Assembly: GCA_964187785.1 (NCBI GenBank)
Contig: OZ076418.1
Location: forward strand, 61,070,001 to 61,134,000
Source of the DNA: Amphiscolops sp. MND2022
Lineage: Eukaryota
DNA length: 64,000 bases
Direction of reading: 5' to 3'
Position 1 is the stretch's first letter. Each line of letters starts with the position of its first letter. The notes under the pieces were generated by a model, which searched no databases, was not told the origin of the DNA, and saw only the letters and a list, made by a program, of their open reading frames with translations. Of the stretch, positions 51,130 through 62,800 are shown one piece after another. Both the position numbers and the translations under genes were made by a program.

Positions 51130-51720
51130 GAGCTAACGGCGGACCCGAGATTACTGGGCGACAGGCGTGATTGTCGAGAGCATGCCAGATTTTCAGATGC
51201 TGCTGGTCACTGGGCCGGCGTTTCGAAGGCCCTATGTGGATGGAGAACCGCAATTGCCAGTTATCGCTACCTTGCTCAGTGGACGGAAGTTGTGGGTCTT
51301 TCTCCCTGAGAATGGCACTGTAAAGCGATTCATCATCCGTAGAGGATGGAAGCTGTGGGAGTTCACCCAATTTTTGGCGGCGAGTAGTGATGGGCTAAGC
51401 AGTATGAGTGGCTCCCGTAAGCTGATTGCCTTTTCGTTGTTGTTGTTTTCCAGAATCAAGAGAATTTGGCCAACTTTCAAATGGCCATTCAGGAGCAGGG
51501 GATACAGTTGTGATGGAGGACAATGTGGGGCATACTGTGTTGACTGTTTCTAGCATACCCAATTGGGAAATCGGAATGGGGTCGTCTGGTGCGGCGCTAC
51601 TGTAATCAACAGTGGATCTGGGAGGACCATCAATATGGCTGATAAGGACGCGTCAGACTGGTTGGCTCCTTCCCACATGGGAGACGGAGGGGTCTGTCAA
51701 AGTCCCAGGGGCTGCTAAGA
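51130..51720 (+). pseudogene. Degenerate JmjC-like (cupin 2OG-Fe) domain gene
   Basis: RPYVDG (HxD with CAT>TAT), IATLLSGRKLWVFLP, then GAGDTVVMEDNVGHTVLTV; probable 52-nt intron 51402-51453 (GTATGA...TTTTCCAG). Confidence 0.55.
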
Positions 51721-52329
51721 AAAGGAAAAAAACCCGCGAAGTTTGGGCAAGTTGAACGAAACGAAGAAATGACTAGGTGAGCACCATTTTGTGAAAAAGT
51801 GATTAGATACATGTTCAAGAGCACCGAGTAGAAAGGCAGTTATTTGTTACATAAATAAAATGCTAGAGCAAAAGGAACAGCACCAAAACATACATCATGG
51901 TGTCCTGGGTGTGTGCCATCCGAAAAGCGGTCCGTGCATATAAAACTGCACTTGCGCTTAGGTCCGTAAGATATGAAAATAGGGAAGGGGGGTGTAAAAG
52001 GCAAATGCCCGGAAAGACTTAAACAAAATAGCCGTGGGGTATAGCAATGCGTGCATAACACGCAACAGGGAAAGTGGGGGACAGTGGGAGAAAATGTGGG
52101 CCCGAACAGTCAAAAGAACATTAGCGCTTACATGTACGTGAGATAGAAATTTAAGATAAATGAAAGTTGAGAAATCCATAGATTTGTTTGGAAATGATGA
52201 TATGTTGATAATTTATTGGAAAGACAATAAATTGACTTTTAACACCTCTCTTTTTTCTGTCCATACTGACAGAGCACCAAGGTTATACTCACGAGATTTA
52301 AATAACCAAAATGCTGATCATTGAATGTT

Positions 52330-52915
52330 ATTTCAGAAAGAACAATGGATCTCAAAATGAGTATTATGCTGATAGTACTGGTTGTGTTCGTGGAGCCGGT
52401 TGCACGTGTTGATAGGGCTCAGTGCACGGTCATATCAGCCAAAAACTGGAATGGTAAACACCTGGAGAGCACATGCTGCCAAGGAAAATTGTATCTGCGA
52501 CAAGATCAATAGATTACAGCACAAAATGGCGAGTGACAGAGGGGCACCAAAGTTATTGGCAGTATGGTGACAACTATTGTCGTCATGCAGGGTGGGAATG
52601 TTCTAAAACATGTTTTCTCCGATACTATACTGAGGAGGGTGACAGGTCTGTAATTTGTCACATCGTTTTTTCTTCCATCTTTAAATATTGGGACACCAAG
52701 CCGTGTTTCCACGCTTCTGGAAATTTCGCTAGTCTCACGGTACTATCAAAGAGAAATTTTAGGGACTTAGAAAGACTGTAGCAAGTTTCTCTAAAAATTA
52801 CTGGTGGTGGATTATCAGGTCCTCTCCTTTTATATTTTATATGTAAATACAGAACTTTAGAGATGAAAGTAAAAGAATTCGGTATTCTGCCCCAACATCT
52901 CAACAAAGCAAACAC
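52330..52915 (-). mobile_element. CR1/L2-like RT N-terminal remnant; partial duplicate at 55526-55850
   Basis: GPDNPPP...KFPEAWKHG and PIFKDGRKNDVTNYRPVTLLSIVS motifs. Confidence 0.8.
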
Positions 52916-52959
52916 TTGTCAAAGTCTGACAACATAGCATGCTTGGTAGTTTTTGAAAC

Positions 52960-53958
52960 TAGTCACTTGTTTGAAAAGGCTACCAACAAAGCTTCCCGAA
53001 CTCTGAGTATTATGAAACGGAGCTATGTTAACGTTCACAATTTCAAACCACACACTGAAAAAGTTCTGCCAATGGATTAAGGATTCCATTCCGCAGTGGA
53101 CATACCTAGCTTTTTTACGGGGGACAAGCTCAAGTTCCCAAACTAAGGCTGTGGTCCGAAACTAAAGCTTTAATAACCAAAAGTTGGAATTCTCCTAAAA
53201 GACTGCTAAAAGTGCTTGCCAATCTTGTCCCAGTAGATATTCAATTGGAATCACACGCAGCCAAATTTTGCATTCAAGCATCATCAACCAAAACGAAAGC
53301 CATGACTTTCAAAAAGAAGACAGTCGAATCTGTAAACGAAGAAAGCCTAACCTTTGGAGATCACAAAGTTGAATTTGTCGAGTCAGTAAAGGTCCTTGGG
53401 ATTCTCATAGGTGACAAACTGACATTCTCGCAACAATTCGCCGCGGCGACAAGCAAAGCGTTTTAAACATTCGGACACGTCAAAAGAAGCTACTTGAACA
53501 ATCAGTCAATGAGCCCCAATACATTCAAAGTACTTTGTCAAGCCGTAGTTATCCCTCAGTGGACTTATTTAGCTTTTATCTGGAGCGTGGAAAGTTTCTG
53601 AAGTCTCAACTCTGGTCTGAGATTGTAAGCCTGTCAACGTGTCTTCGTACCATCCGAAGAAAGAATTATTAGAAGTCATCGGCAATCTGGTACCCATCGA
53701 TATCCAAATTGAAACCCACGGAGCAAAATTTGCCATCAAAGTTTTCCAACAGACCGAGGACGATCGCATCTTGAGACTTTTTGAAAATAGCAAGTCAACA
53801 ATTACCAGAAAACTGCTGGCAGACAGAACGTTTGGTTCACTCTCATCCTACAGTCAAGACTCAATGAAAAAAATAGTCTACAGAAGATGGAACAACCGAT
53901 TGAGGAATTTCAGCTTCGGATTTCAGGCCAAGAGAAGGGATTCTGCCAAAACATTTAA
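52960..53958 (+). mobile_element. Chimera of two LINE ORF2 post-RT fragments (copy 1)
   Basis: LANLVPVDIQLESHAAKFCI joined to KTKAM...VKVLGILI..KLTF...IGNLVPIDIQIETHGAKFAI. Confidence 0.75.
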
Positions 53959-54448
53959 GGATTGATGTTGATTAACTGCCTTCCTATGCAATTAAATTTT
54001 TGCATTTACGCGTTGTTTTTACGAGATTCATTGTAGAAATAAGATAAAACATAAAAAACACTGTAATTTTTGAAAAAAACATGTTTGTTTTTTATCGAAA
54101 AAAAAACAGTTTTTCCCCACCCTGTCGTCATGGTGATCCGTCCGTTGGTGTGATGAGAGTTTAGAGAGACCAGAAAAGAAAGTGAGTGGATAATGCCAGT
54201 TGTTTGAAAAAGTTATCATGATAGAACAAACACAGAAGAGGATGTTTATTCGTGTGATATTTGTTGTTTGTGGTGAAAGCCAATCGTGATAACATAGTAC
54301 CAGTGTTGTATTGAATGCAGTAACAGATTTGTGATCAATACAGTTATGTAGAACCAATACAATGAGTGAATTGACGAACACAAGAATACCTAGATGAAAA
54401 CAAATTGAGTATTTGATGTCAAAAATTCTTCGTTGCATCTAAAATGAA

Positions 54449-54936
54449 TTATGCAGTTGTTTCTTTGGTAAAATCAGAATAAATTGAACCAGTAGGGTCA
54501 GGTACTATAAAAAAGGGTGCAGTAGGCGATGGCGTCAGTTGACATAGGGGTAGGTGTCGTTTCGGGTAAGCACAATTCCTTTTATGAATCGGGTGGTCGA
54601 GATGCGTCGGAATGGAAAACGACGATGTACGTGTAGGGTTCTATAAAATAAATAAGTCATCAAAAGGTGTAGCACCGTTGAAACGATAAAAACAAGAGCA
54701 CCAAAGCAGAGGTTGGGGTCCAACTTACTGTGTCATCAAAGTTAGCGGCAAGAGGAGGCGGCAATGTCTTCATGTTAGCTGCGAAAGGTTTCACAACTTC
54801 CGCTAAGACTTCTAATGGGCGTCGTTTGTGTTGGGGGACCTCGAGTGATTTTGTCTGCATTTCGGAAACTACTTTCACACGGACGGTGTGAAGGTCGGGT
54901 CTCTGGGTAAATCGGGCCCTATAATTCGTGTCCACA
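54449..54936 (-). CDS. Candidate orphan gene 3' end: exons 54936-54729 and 54640-54449
   Basis: Acceptor ttttgcag, donor GTAAGT, 88-nt intron ending ttttatag; both exons open in one frame (69 + 63 aa); no recognisable homology. Confidence 0.3.
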
Positions 54937-56039
54937 CTGCAAAACTATTATACAAACCTGGCATCCCGGCCGATGATTCACAGACATCGGCATCGAGGAC
55001 AAGCTATTGGACTCCGTGAACAAGAAGGTACGGCTGGCACTCAAAATGAGTCCCAATGGCTTATCACTGAGCCTTTTCTTTCAAAGGCAAGGTGATAGTT
55101 TTGATATGACACACTTCTAAAGCAGCAAAGACGTCTTTGTAAGATAAAGTTGCGAGACAAGAGTCCCTCGCCTTTTCCTTAGGGAAGGACACAAAACAAA
55201 TGGAATATGATTTAGAACCAATGCATTCGTTCAAGTCGAAGCGAGTTAGTAAAGCAGCCTCTTAGCTTCTGCTAGATACTCAGTTTCTATTTCTAACAGT
55301 AGCAGTCAGAGAGTCGTCAGGAGGCTTTGGAATGGGGATGGCATGAAAAACATCAAGAACTGTAGATTCTGAAGAAAAAGGAATCAAAAGCGTGAAGAGC
55401 AGGCCAAAATCAGTTGATACTACCTGGGATACTAACATGGGAAACCGTATCGGTTATCAGAGACCAGTGGTAGAAGACAATTCATAATAATTTTTGAGAT
55501 GAATTTTTCCATTATCTTCGATACGATACTGAGGAGGGTGACAGGTCTGTAATTTGTCACATCGTTTTTTCTTCCATCTTTAAATATTGGGACACCAAGC
55601 CGTGTTTCCACGCTTCTGGAAATTTCGCTAGTCTCACGGTATTATTATAGAGAAGTTTTAGGGACTTAGAAAGACTGTAGCAAGTTTCTCTAAAAATTAC
55701 TGGTGGTGGGTTATCAGGTCCTCTGCTTTTATATTTTATATGTATATACAGCACTTTAGAGATGAAAGAAAAAGAATTCGGCATTCTGCCCCAACATCTC
55801 AACAAAGCGAACACTTGTCAAATTCTGACAACATAGCATGCTTGGTAGTTTTCAGTTCATGTATGTATGAACCGGTGTGTACATGTATGTATGAAGAAGA
55901 ATCTTTAAAACGTTTCATTTCTATACAGGTGTAGCTAGTATTCGAATTTACGTCGAGATACCCAACCTAAACCAAGTGAGGAACTGGCCAGCGATAATAT
56001 TCCAGAAAACAAAACCAACAAGTTGAATTTGATTCCGTC

Positions 56040-57412
56040 TTTGAGCTAAACGGTCTGAAAGTCGATTTCCCCTCAACGCTAAAGGTGCTGGGTATTCTCA
56101 TAGACAGTCACTTGTTTGAAAAGGCTACCAACAAAGCTTCCCGAACTCTGAGTATTATGAAACGGAGCTATGTTAACGTTCACAATTTCAAACCACACAC
56201 TGAAAAAGTTCTGCCAATGGATTGTGGATTCCATTCCGCAGTGGACATACCTAGCTTTTTTACGGGGGACAAGCTCAAGTTCCCAAACTAAGGCTGTGGT
56301 CCGAAACTAAAGCTTTAATAACCAAAAGTTGGAATTCTCCTAAAAGACTGCTAAAAGTGCTTGCCAATCTTGTCCCAATAGATATTCAATTGGAATCACA
56401 CGCAGCCAAATTTTGTATTCAAGCATCATCAACCAAAACGAAAGCCATGACTTTCAAAAAGAAGACAGTCGAATCTGTAAACGAAGAAAGCCTAACCTTT
56501 GGAGATCACAAAGTTGAATTTGTCGAGTCAGTAAAGGTCCTTGGGATTCTCATAGATGACAAACTGACATTCTCGCAACAATTCGCCGCGGCGACAAGCA
56601 AAGCGTTTTAAACATTCGGACACGTCAAAAGAAGCTACTTGAACAATCAGTCAATGAGCCCCAATACATTCAAAGTACTTTGTCAAGCCGTAGTTATCCC
56701 TCAGTGGACTTATTTAGCTTTTATCTGGAGCGTGGAAAGTTTCTGAAGTCTCAACTCTGGTCTGAGATTGTAAGCCTGTCAACGTGTCTTCGTACCATCC
56801 GAAGAAAGAATTATTAGAAGTCATCGGCAATCTGGTACCCATCGATATCCAAATTGAAACCCACGGAGCAAAATTTGCCATCAAAGTTTTCCAACAGACC
56901 GAGGACGATCGCATCTTGAGACTTTTTGAAAATAGCAAGTCAACAATTACCAGAAAACTGCTGGCAGACAGAACGTTTGGTTCACTCATCCTACAGTCAA
57001 GACTCAATGAAAAAAATAGTCTACAGAAGATGGAACAACCGATTGAGGAATTTCAGCTTCGGATTTCAGGCCAAGAGAAGGGATTCTGCTAAAACATTTA
57101 ACCAAGGCACACACAAAAAGGATGGTACAACTCCTAACCCAACACATTGTTCTCTGCAACTTCCAGTTCCATATTGGACGATGTTTCACTCCGGTCTGCA
57201 CATGCATGTTAGAAGAAGAATCTACAGAGCACTTTTTATACAGATGCCCCTTCTACTCAAATTTGCGTAGCTCAGAACCACCCAAGCCTCTGGTTGATCT
57301 GCTGGATAATTGTAGTTGGGAGAATTGGAAAACAACCCTGAATTTTGTTGAATTCTCGCGGAGACTTCAGACGTCTCACGGGGAGTTCCGTAATTGTCAC
57401 AAGCTTTTCTGA
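56040..57412 (+). mobile_element. Chimeric LINE ORF2 fragments (copy 2) extending to the C-terminal CCHC finger
   Basis: Near-identical to 52960-53958, then CTCMLEEESTEHFLYRCPFYSNLR. Confidence 0.8.
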
Positions 57413-57859
57413 TGCAAAATAAAAATAACGTCACAATGAAACGACATTACTAGAATCACAGAGGGAGGAACAACATCAAAAGAAAGTTCAGAAGTCCGCC
57501 TCTGAAACCAAAAGTCCGCTCAAAATTAATTTTCTATTTCTTCAACCGAGGGCCCCAGCAATATTCGTGGAGGGAGCGGACTGAGCATTACCGGGCTGGG
57601 GTGTGTGCTCGAGGCCCGTAGGAAATTGGTCTCCAATCGAAAGAAACTCTCGTGTCTCAGCTTGACATAAGTTTACACATTGTAATCCCAACGATTATAT
57701 ATTTTTATTATCAATTTGTAAATCATGGCCAGCAATTAGTGGCTTCTTCGGTCAAATTGTTTATTTGATTGGTTTAGAATAATATAAATATGTCATCTGA
57801 CAATTGTTCTTTTGGTGGCATAGATCAACATAAAAATAATTCTAAATTTTCATGTTCAA

Positions 57860-58410
57860 AATTTTAAACCACATACATTGAAAAAGTTGTGCCAGTCGAT
57901 TGTTATTCCACAGTGGACATATCTTGCTTTTCTGTGGGGAGACAAACTCAAGTTCCAAAACTCAACACTGTGGTCCGAAATGTTAGCAATAATAACTTGC
58001 AAAACTTGGAATCCTCCAAAAATGTTGCTTGAACTGCTTGCAAATCTCGTCCCAATAGACATTCAATTAGAATCGCACGCAGCGAAGTTTTGCATAAAAG
58101 CGATGCAACAACAAGAAAGTGACCCCATTCGCTCTCTCCTAATGTTAAATACGAGTCAAATTGCAAGAAAAGTAAATGCAGACAGAAAGAATACTTGGCC
58201 AACTTGATACCTACAACCCTGAAACGATGACAAACGAAACTAGAAAGCGGTGGAACGCTAGATTAAGCAGTTGTTAGAAACGAAAATCTCGGAGCATGTT
58301 CCAGTTCAAATATCAAATCCTCTTGAACGAAATTTTGGGACACAATTTTGGATCAAAAGGAAAGAATTGGACCCGGCAATAATTAAAACTATGTTGAAGG
58401 AGTTTTTTAT
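57860..58410 (+). mobile_element. Third LINE subfamily fragment covering the same post-RT region
   Basis: LCQSIVIPQWTYLAFLW...LANLVPIDIQLESHAAKFCIKA. Confidence 0.75.
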
Positions 58411-58419
58411 GAAACATTT

Positions 58420-58836
58420 TGTTGATAATCGTTATATGATATAACTTTAGAGTCTGTTTGATGCCCTGTCTATTGATTGATGACATTTTAGTACATCAAA
58501 ACTGCTACGTGCTGCTGGGCAGCCAATCAAAATTGAAGTACGTTGACTTCTCATTGAGTTAATGTTGATTTTATGTTGAAGTTTCACCGCTGTTTCTGTC
58601 AGTAATGTCATGTTTGAGCCAAATTGGCTTCTTGAACCTGAGAATCACAACAATTGGTTTATATCTTTTTATAATAATTGTTTTATCTCACAAATTGTGG
58701 GTGGTCCGTCGACAGAGAAGGTTTGTTAACCCTTAAATAGCAAAATTGAAGACATTGATCGGTAAATTACCGAGTCTTGAAGGTTTGAAATTCAAACAAA
58801 AACTCTTTTTGAACTATTTTGAAGCTTTATCATACA
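58420..58836 (+). repeat. Probable 5' LTR of BEL/Pao retrotransposon (start approximate)
   Basis: TGTT start candidate at 58420; ends ...CATACA, then TTTAT, then the PBS; the 3' LTR is outside the window so this cannot be confirmed by pairing. Confidence 0.55.
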
Positions 58837-58841
58837 TTTAT

Positions 58842-58860
58842 TGGTCCTTACTGACCCGGA
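58842..58860 (+). promoter_or_regulatory. BEL/Pao primer-binding site TGGTCCTTACTGACCCGGA
   Basis: Follows CA+TTTAT; resembles the TGGTCCTTCGAGCCGGA-type PBS common in BEL elements. Confidence 0.7.
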
Positions 58861-59006
58861 CATTGAAGACCCAGGACACGATCTCTTCCATTAAAATCTT
58901 ATTGAAAAAAGAAGACCATCAGGACTTCCAGATTTTGTGAAATTATCAAGTTTCCGAGACTTTTACCGTCATAATTGTTAGTTTTAAGCTCTCAAAGTTT
59001 GAATTG

Positions 59007-59615
59007 ATGGTTTATATCGTTGGTGCAAGTTCTTTGAAGCACGCAATCGATCAACTTTCCCCTAGAGAAAAACGGTTTCTTGCAAAATTCGTTACTGCAG
59101 TCCCATCATTGAGTTTAAATCCCAACATTTCACCTAAAAGACCTCTTATAAGCCTTTCTTACCTTTTGGAACGAGGATTTTTACACCAAAAAACAAACTT
59201 AGTGATCTGGCACGACACTATCAACAACAGTATTACGAAACATAAATCTAATTCTTACACTGGCCAAGAAGGAAGTCAACTAGCGTCAATTTTATTGAAG
59301 TACAAGGAACGAATAGCAGCTATCGTGTATTGCCAGAGGTTTGGAGCCCCTCAAATCTTCGAAACATTACGGTCAACTAATATTGTGATCATCAGAATCA
59401 CAAAGAATTTAATCTCGCGTCGCAGACAACAAGATAAATTCCTCCTACATCAATATTTGCAGCTTCATCAAGAAGGACCGTTAGAAATTCGTTCTTTACA
59501 GCTGGTTTTGAAGCATTCTTCGAATTTGAAGGCCCTCGCGCAGAATACGAGGCGGCCAAGGAAACGACTCTCGCAGAAAAAACGCCGGTTTCTGAAAAAA
59601 TTGTCAAAAACTTAA
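59007..59615 (+). CDS. ORF0: intact 202-aa ORF inside the BEL element upstream of gag, SGNH-hydrolase-like with basic C-terminus
   Basis: Uninterrupted ORF; motifs VYIVGASSL, LVIWHDTINNS and LQLHQEG occur in SGNH block I/III/V order; ends RRPRKRLSQKKRRFLKKLSKT. The fold call is motif-based only. Confidence 0.6.
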   Translation: MVYIVGASSLKHAIDQLSPREKRFLAKFVTAVPSLSLNPNISPKRPLISLSYLLERGFLHQKTNLVIWHDTINNSITKHKSNSYTGQEGSQLASILLKYKERIAAIVYCQRFGAPQIFETLRSTNIVIIRITKNLISRRRQQDKFLLHQYLQLHQEGPLEIRSLQLVLKHSSNLKALAQNTRRPRKRLSQKKRRFLKKLSKT

Positions 59616-59833
59616 AAGGTTGGACTTTATCCTCGTTGTACTTTTGAAGTTAGTGTAACCTACAGACGTGTTCTCGTCGTGGGTTTATCTGATTTCAAAC
59701 GTTGGTCAGTAGATCTAGTGTAGCCTACTGACGTGATCTCGTCGTGGGCTTATCTAGAACTACCTGATAAGGACTTTCAAACCGTAAAAACTATCGTTTT
59801 TAGTAAAATTTAAGAAAGGCAACGGTCATTGCC

Positions 59834-62800
59834 ATGGATAACGAGCCCGCTGTGGAAAAACTAGATCTTAAGCAAAAAATTAAGGTGCGAGGTGGCCACA
59901 AAGGAGCATTTACTCGTCTAGAAAGCCGTTTAGACACGTTAGTAAATATCGGAATTAGTAATGAAGATCAGCTTTGTGAAGCTGAAGCTGTTCTCTCGAA
60001 CATGAAAACAAAGGCACTTGATATCCATCGTTGGAATTTGGAAATTCAGCTTGAAACTGAAGATGATGCTAAATTTGACGCCGAAGTTGACAATGCTACC
60101 GAGTTTGACATACGTAGTGGCATTGCAATTGCTAGATTAACCGCTTTAATAGAAAACTACAAAAAAAGGTTAGAAATGAGTGATTCTACTCCTTTGCGAC
60201 GAAGTTCTTCACCGAGGAGTGCCGGCAGCAAGCTCCGCTTGCCAAAACTGAACCTGCCAACCTTCAGTGGGTCATATACTGAATGGATGTCGTTCTTTGA
60301 TCTTTTCAGGGCAGCAGTAGATTCTAATACTCAATTGACTGACTCTGAGAAACTCAATTATCTGCGCGCATGCTTGAAAGGCGATGCCGCCAAATTGATT
60401 TGCTCGGTTTCCATAACTGATGCCAACTACGCTATTGCTATGGGCCTACTCACCGATAGATACGCCAACAAACGGAGCATCGTACAAGCACACCTTCAAT
60501 CTATTTGGTCTCAACCCTCAATGAAGGTTGAATCTGCCAGCGGTCTCCGTAAACTGCTAGAAGTCACGAATGAGCATCTCCGGTCTTTGAATGAACTTGG
60601 GCAACCCACTGACCAATGGGATTCGCTCCTCGTGTTTTGGCTGTCTGAAAAAATGGACCCCGAGTCCCGCAAACAATGGCAACTTGCTCATCCAGGCACT
60701 GAACTGTTAACTTGGAATCAACTAGCAGAATTTCTCAATACAAGGAGTCGAGCACTAGAATCGAGTAATTCGAAGCCGATTCCGCAACAAGCAAATAATC
60801 AGAATGCACGAGAGAGGCATTCACACGTCTATACGGCTTCAGTATCTTGTGTAGATGGGTGCAATGAAGAACACAAGTTACACGAGTGTCTGAAATTCAA
60901 AACTCTTTCAGTACCGGAACGCTTCAGAATTGTGAAAGCAAAGCGTGGATGCTACAATTGTCTTCAAATTGGTCATAATGTCAGTAAATGTCCCTCTAAA
61001 TTTACATGTAGAGAGTGCAGACAAAGGCATCATACTATGTTGCATCGCCCTTCTCAAACGAAAACCACTTGCGTCGAAGTTGAAAACACTTCCCAAGAAA
61101 CTCAAGCTACCTCCATTGTCGAAACAGTTTCGAATAACCAATGTGCAGCTGTCAGCCCCAAGAAAACTGTTCTTTTATCAACAGCATATGTGACAATCAA
61201 GGACGCCGATGGCACTCCAGTGACCCTGCGAGCCATGCTTGACTCTGGATCTCAAGCTAGCTTTATTAATGAAAGTAGAGCCAATGCCATGAAATCAAAA
61301 ATTCATGGAAACACGATCAGCATAACACCCTTTGGATCATCCTCTTCACAAAAATCAAAGGGAGTTTTGTCAACTGTCCTCAATGAAGCAGTACATGTTG
61401 ATCTTCACATTGTTCCTAAGATTTCGAATCTCGTGCCTCCTCAGAAAGTGAAGGTCCCAACGCTTGAAAGCCTCAAAAACCTCAAACTGGCTGATCCACA
61501 CTTCAACTCCCCAGGAAGAATTGATATTTTACTCGGAGCAGATGTTCTAGAAGATGTAATGAAAGAAGGAAAACTCAAAGAGAATGGTCTGCACATTAGA
61601 AATTCAATTTTTGGTTGGATAATTTCGGGACCTGTTCAACAAGGTAATGAAATCACCAAAGGTGACATTGTTCATGTTAATAAAGTCGATATTACCCAAT
61701 TTTGGGAACTTGAAAATGTACCGGAGAAGAAAATGTTGACAAAGTCAGAATCTGAATGTGTTGAACATTTCAACCGCACAACGAAGCGGAAAGATGATGG
61801 AAGATTCGTCGTTGAAATGCCTTTGAAATCTGATGGACCTACATTGGGATCAAGCAAAGCTATCGCGATGCGCCGATTTCTTAACCTCGAGAAGAAATTG
61901 AATTCTGATTTGTCATTGAAAGAAAGGTACGCTGCATTCATTCAAGAATTCCTTGATCTTGGGCACTTAGAAAGAGTACCGGATGATCAATTGGATAATC
62001 CTAGAAATTTTTATTTGCCGCACCATTGTGTGACAAAGGAAGAAAGTTCAACTACAAAACTTCGCGTCGTTTTTGATGCCAGTGCAAAAACTTCCACCGG
62101 TTTTTCGCTCAATGATTGTTTGTTAGTGGGACCGAAATGTCAAGACGATTTGTTCAACATTCTAATCAGATTTCGCATATTCAAAATTGCAATGTCAGCA
62201 GATGTGGCGAAAATGTATCGCCAGGTTGAACTCTCTCTCGAAGATCGCGACTTGCACAGAATTCTATGGCGTAAGAATCCAAATGAACCAATTTTGACCT
62301 ATCGGATGACTCGAGTAACCTATGGTGTTGCAAGTTCTTCCTTTCATGCAATCAGATCACTTCTTGATTGTGCCAAGTCTCCAAAAACACCTGAAATCGT
62401 CAAAGATGCCATTGAACGCGACTTCTATGTTGACGATATTCTAACTGGTGCCGAAAACTTGGAAGAGGCGAAAAATTTGCAGACCGGTCTCATCGACACT
62501 CTAAAACAAGGACAATTTGACCTTCGTAAATGGACTTGCAGTGATGCCAGGCTGACCCAAGGTCTTCCACCTGAGTATCGCGAAGCAAGTGAAGACTTCC
62601 AATTCCTGAATGAGAATCATATTATCAAGACACTTGGCATTGTCTGGAGCCCCATCAAGGACAAATTCACATTCACCGTCAAACACCTGAAGCTAGATTT
62701 AACCGAAAGGCTTTCCAAACGACGAATTCTCAGTGACATTGCTAAGGTCTTTGACCCACTTGGTTGGCTTTCGCCAGTCACCCTGCAACTGAAGCAGCTT

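Noticed and set aside
54028-54438. 136-aa hydrophobic ORF resembling GPCR TM1-TM2
   Set aside because: No convincing GN/LAxxD/DRY motifs, AT-rich codons unlike host exons, and no further TM exons found.
54984-55027. Plus-strand 44-nt micro-exon candidate (IGIEDKLLDSVNKK) with AG/GT borders
   Set aside because: No partner exons found on the plus strand; too short to support.
58702-58713. TGGTCCGTCGAC as the BEL PBS
   Set aside because: Not directly preceded by an LTR-type CA end; the site at 58842 fits better. Either choice leaves ORF0 inside the element.
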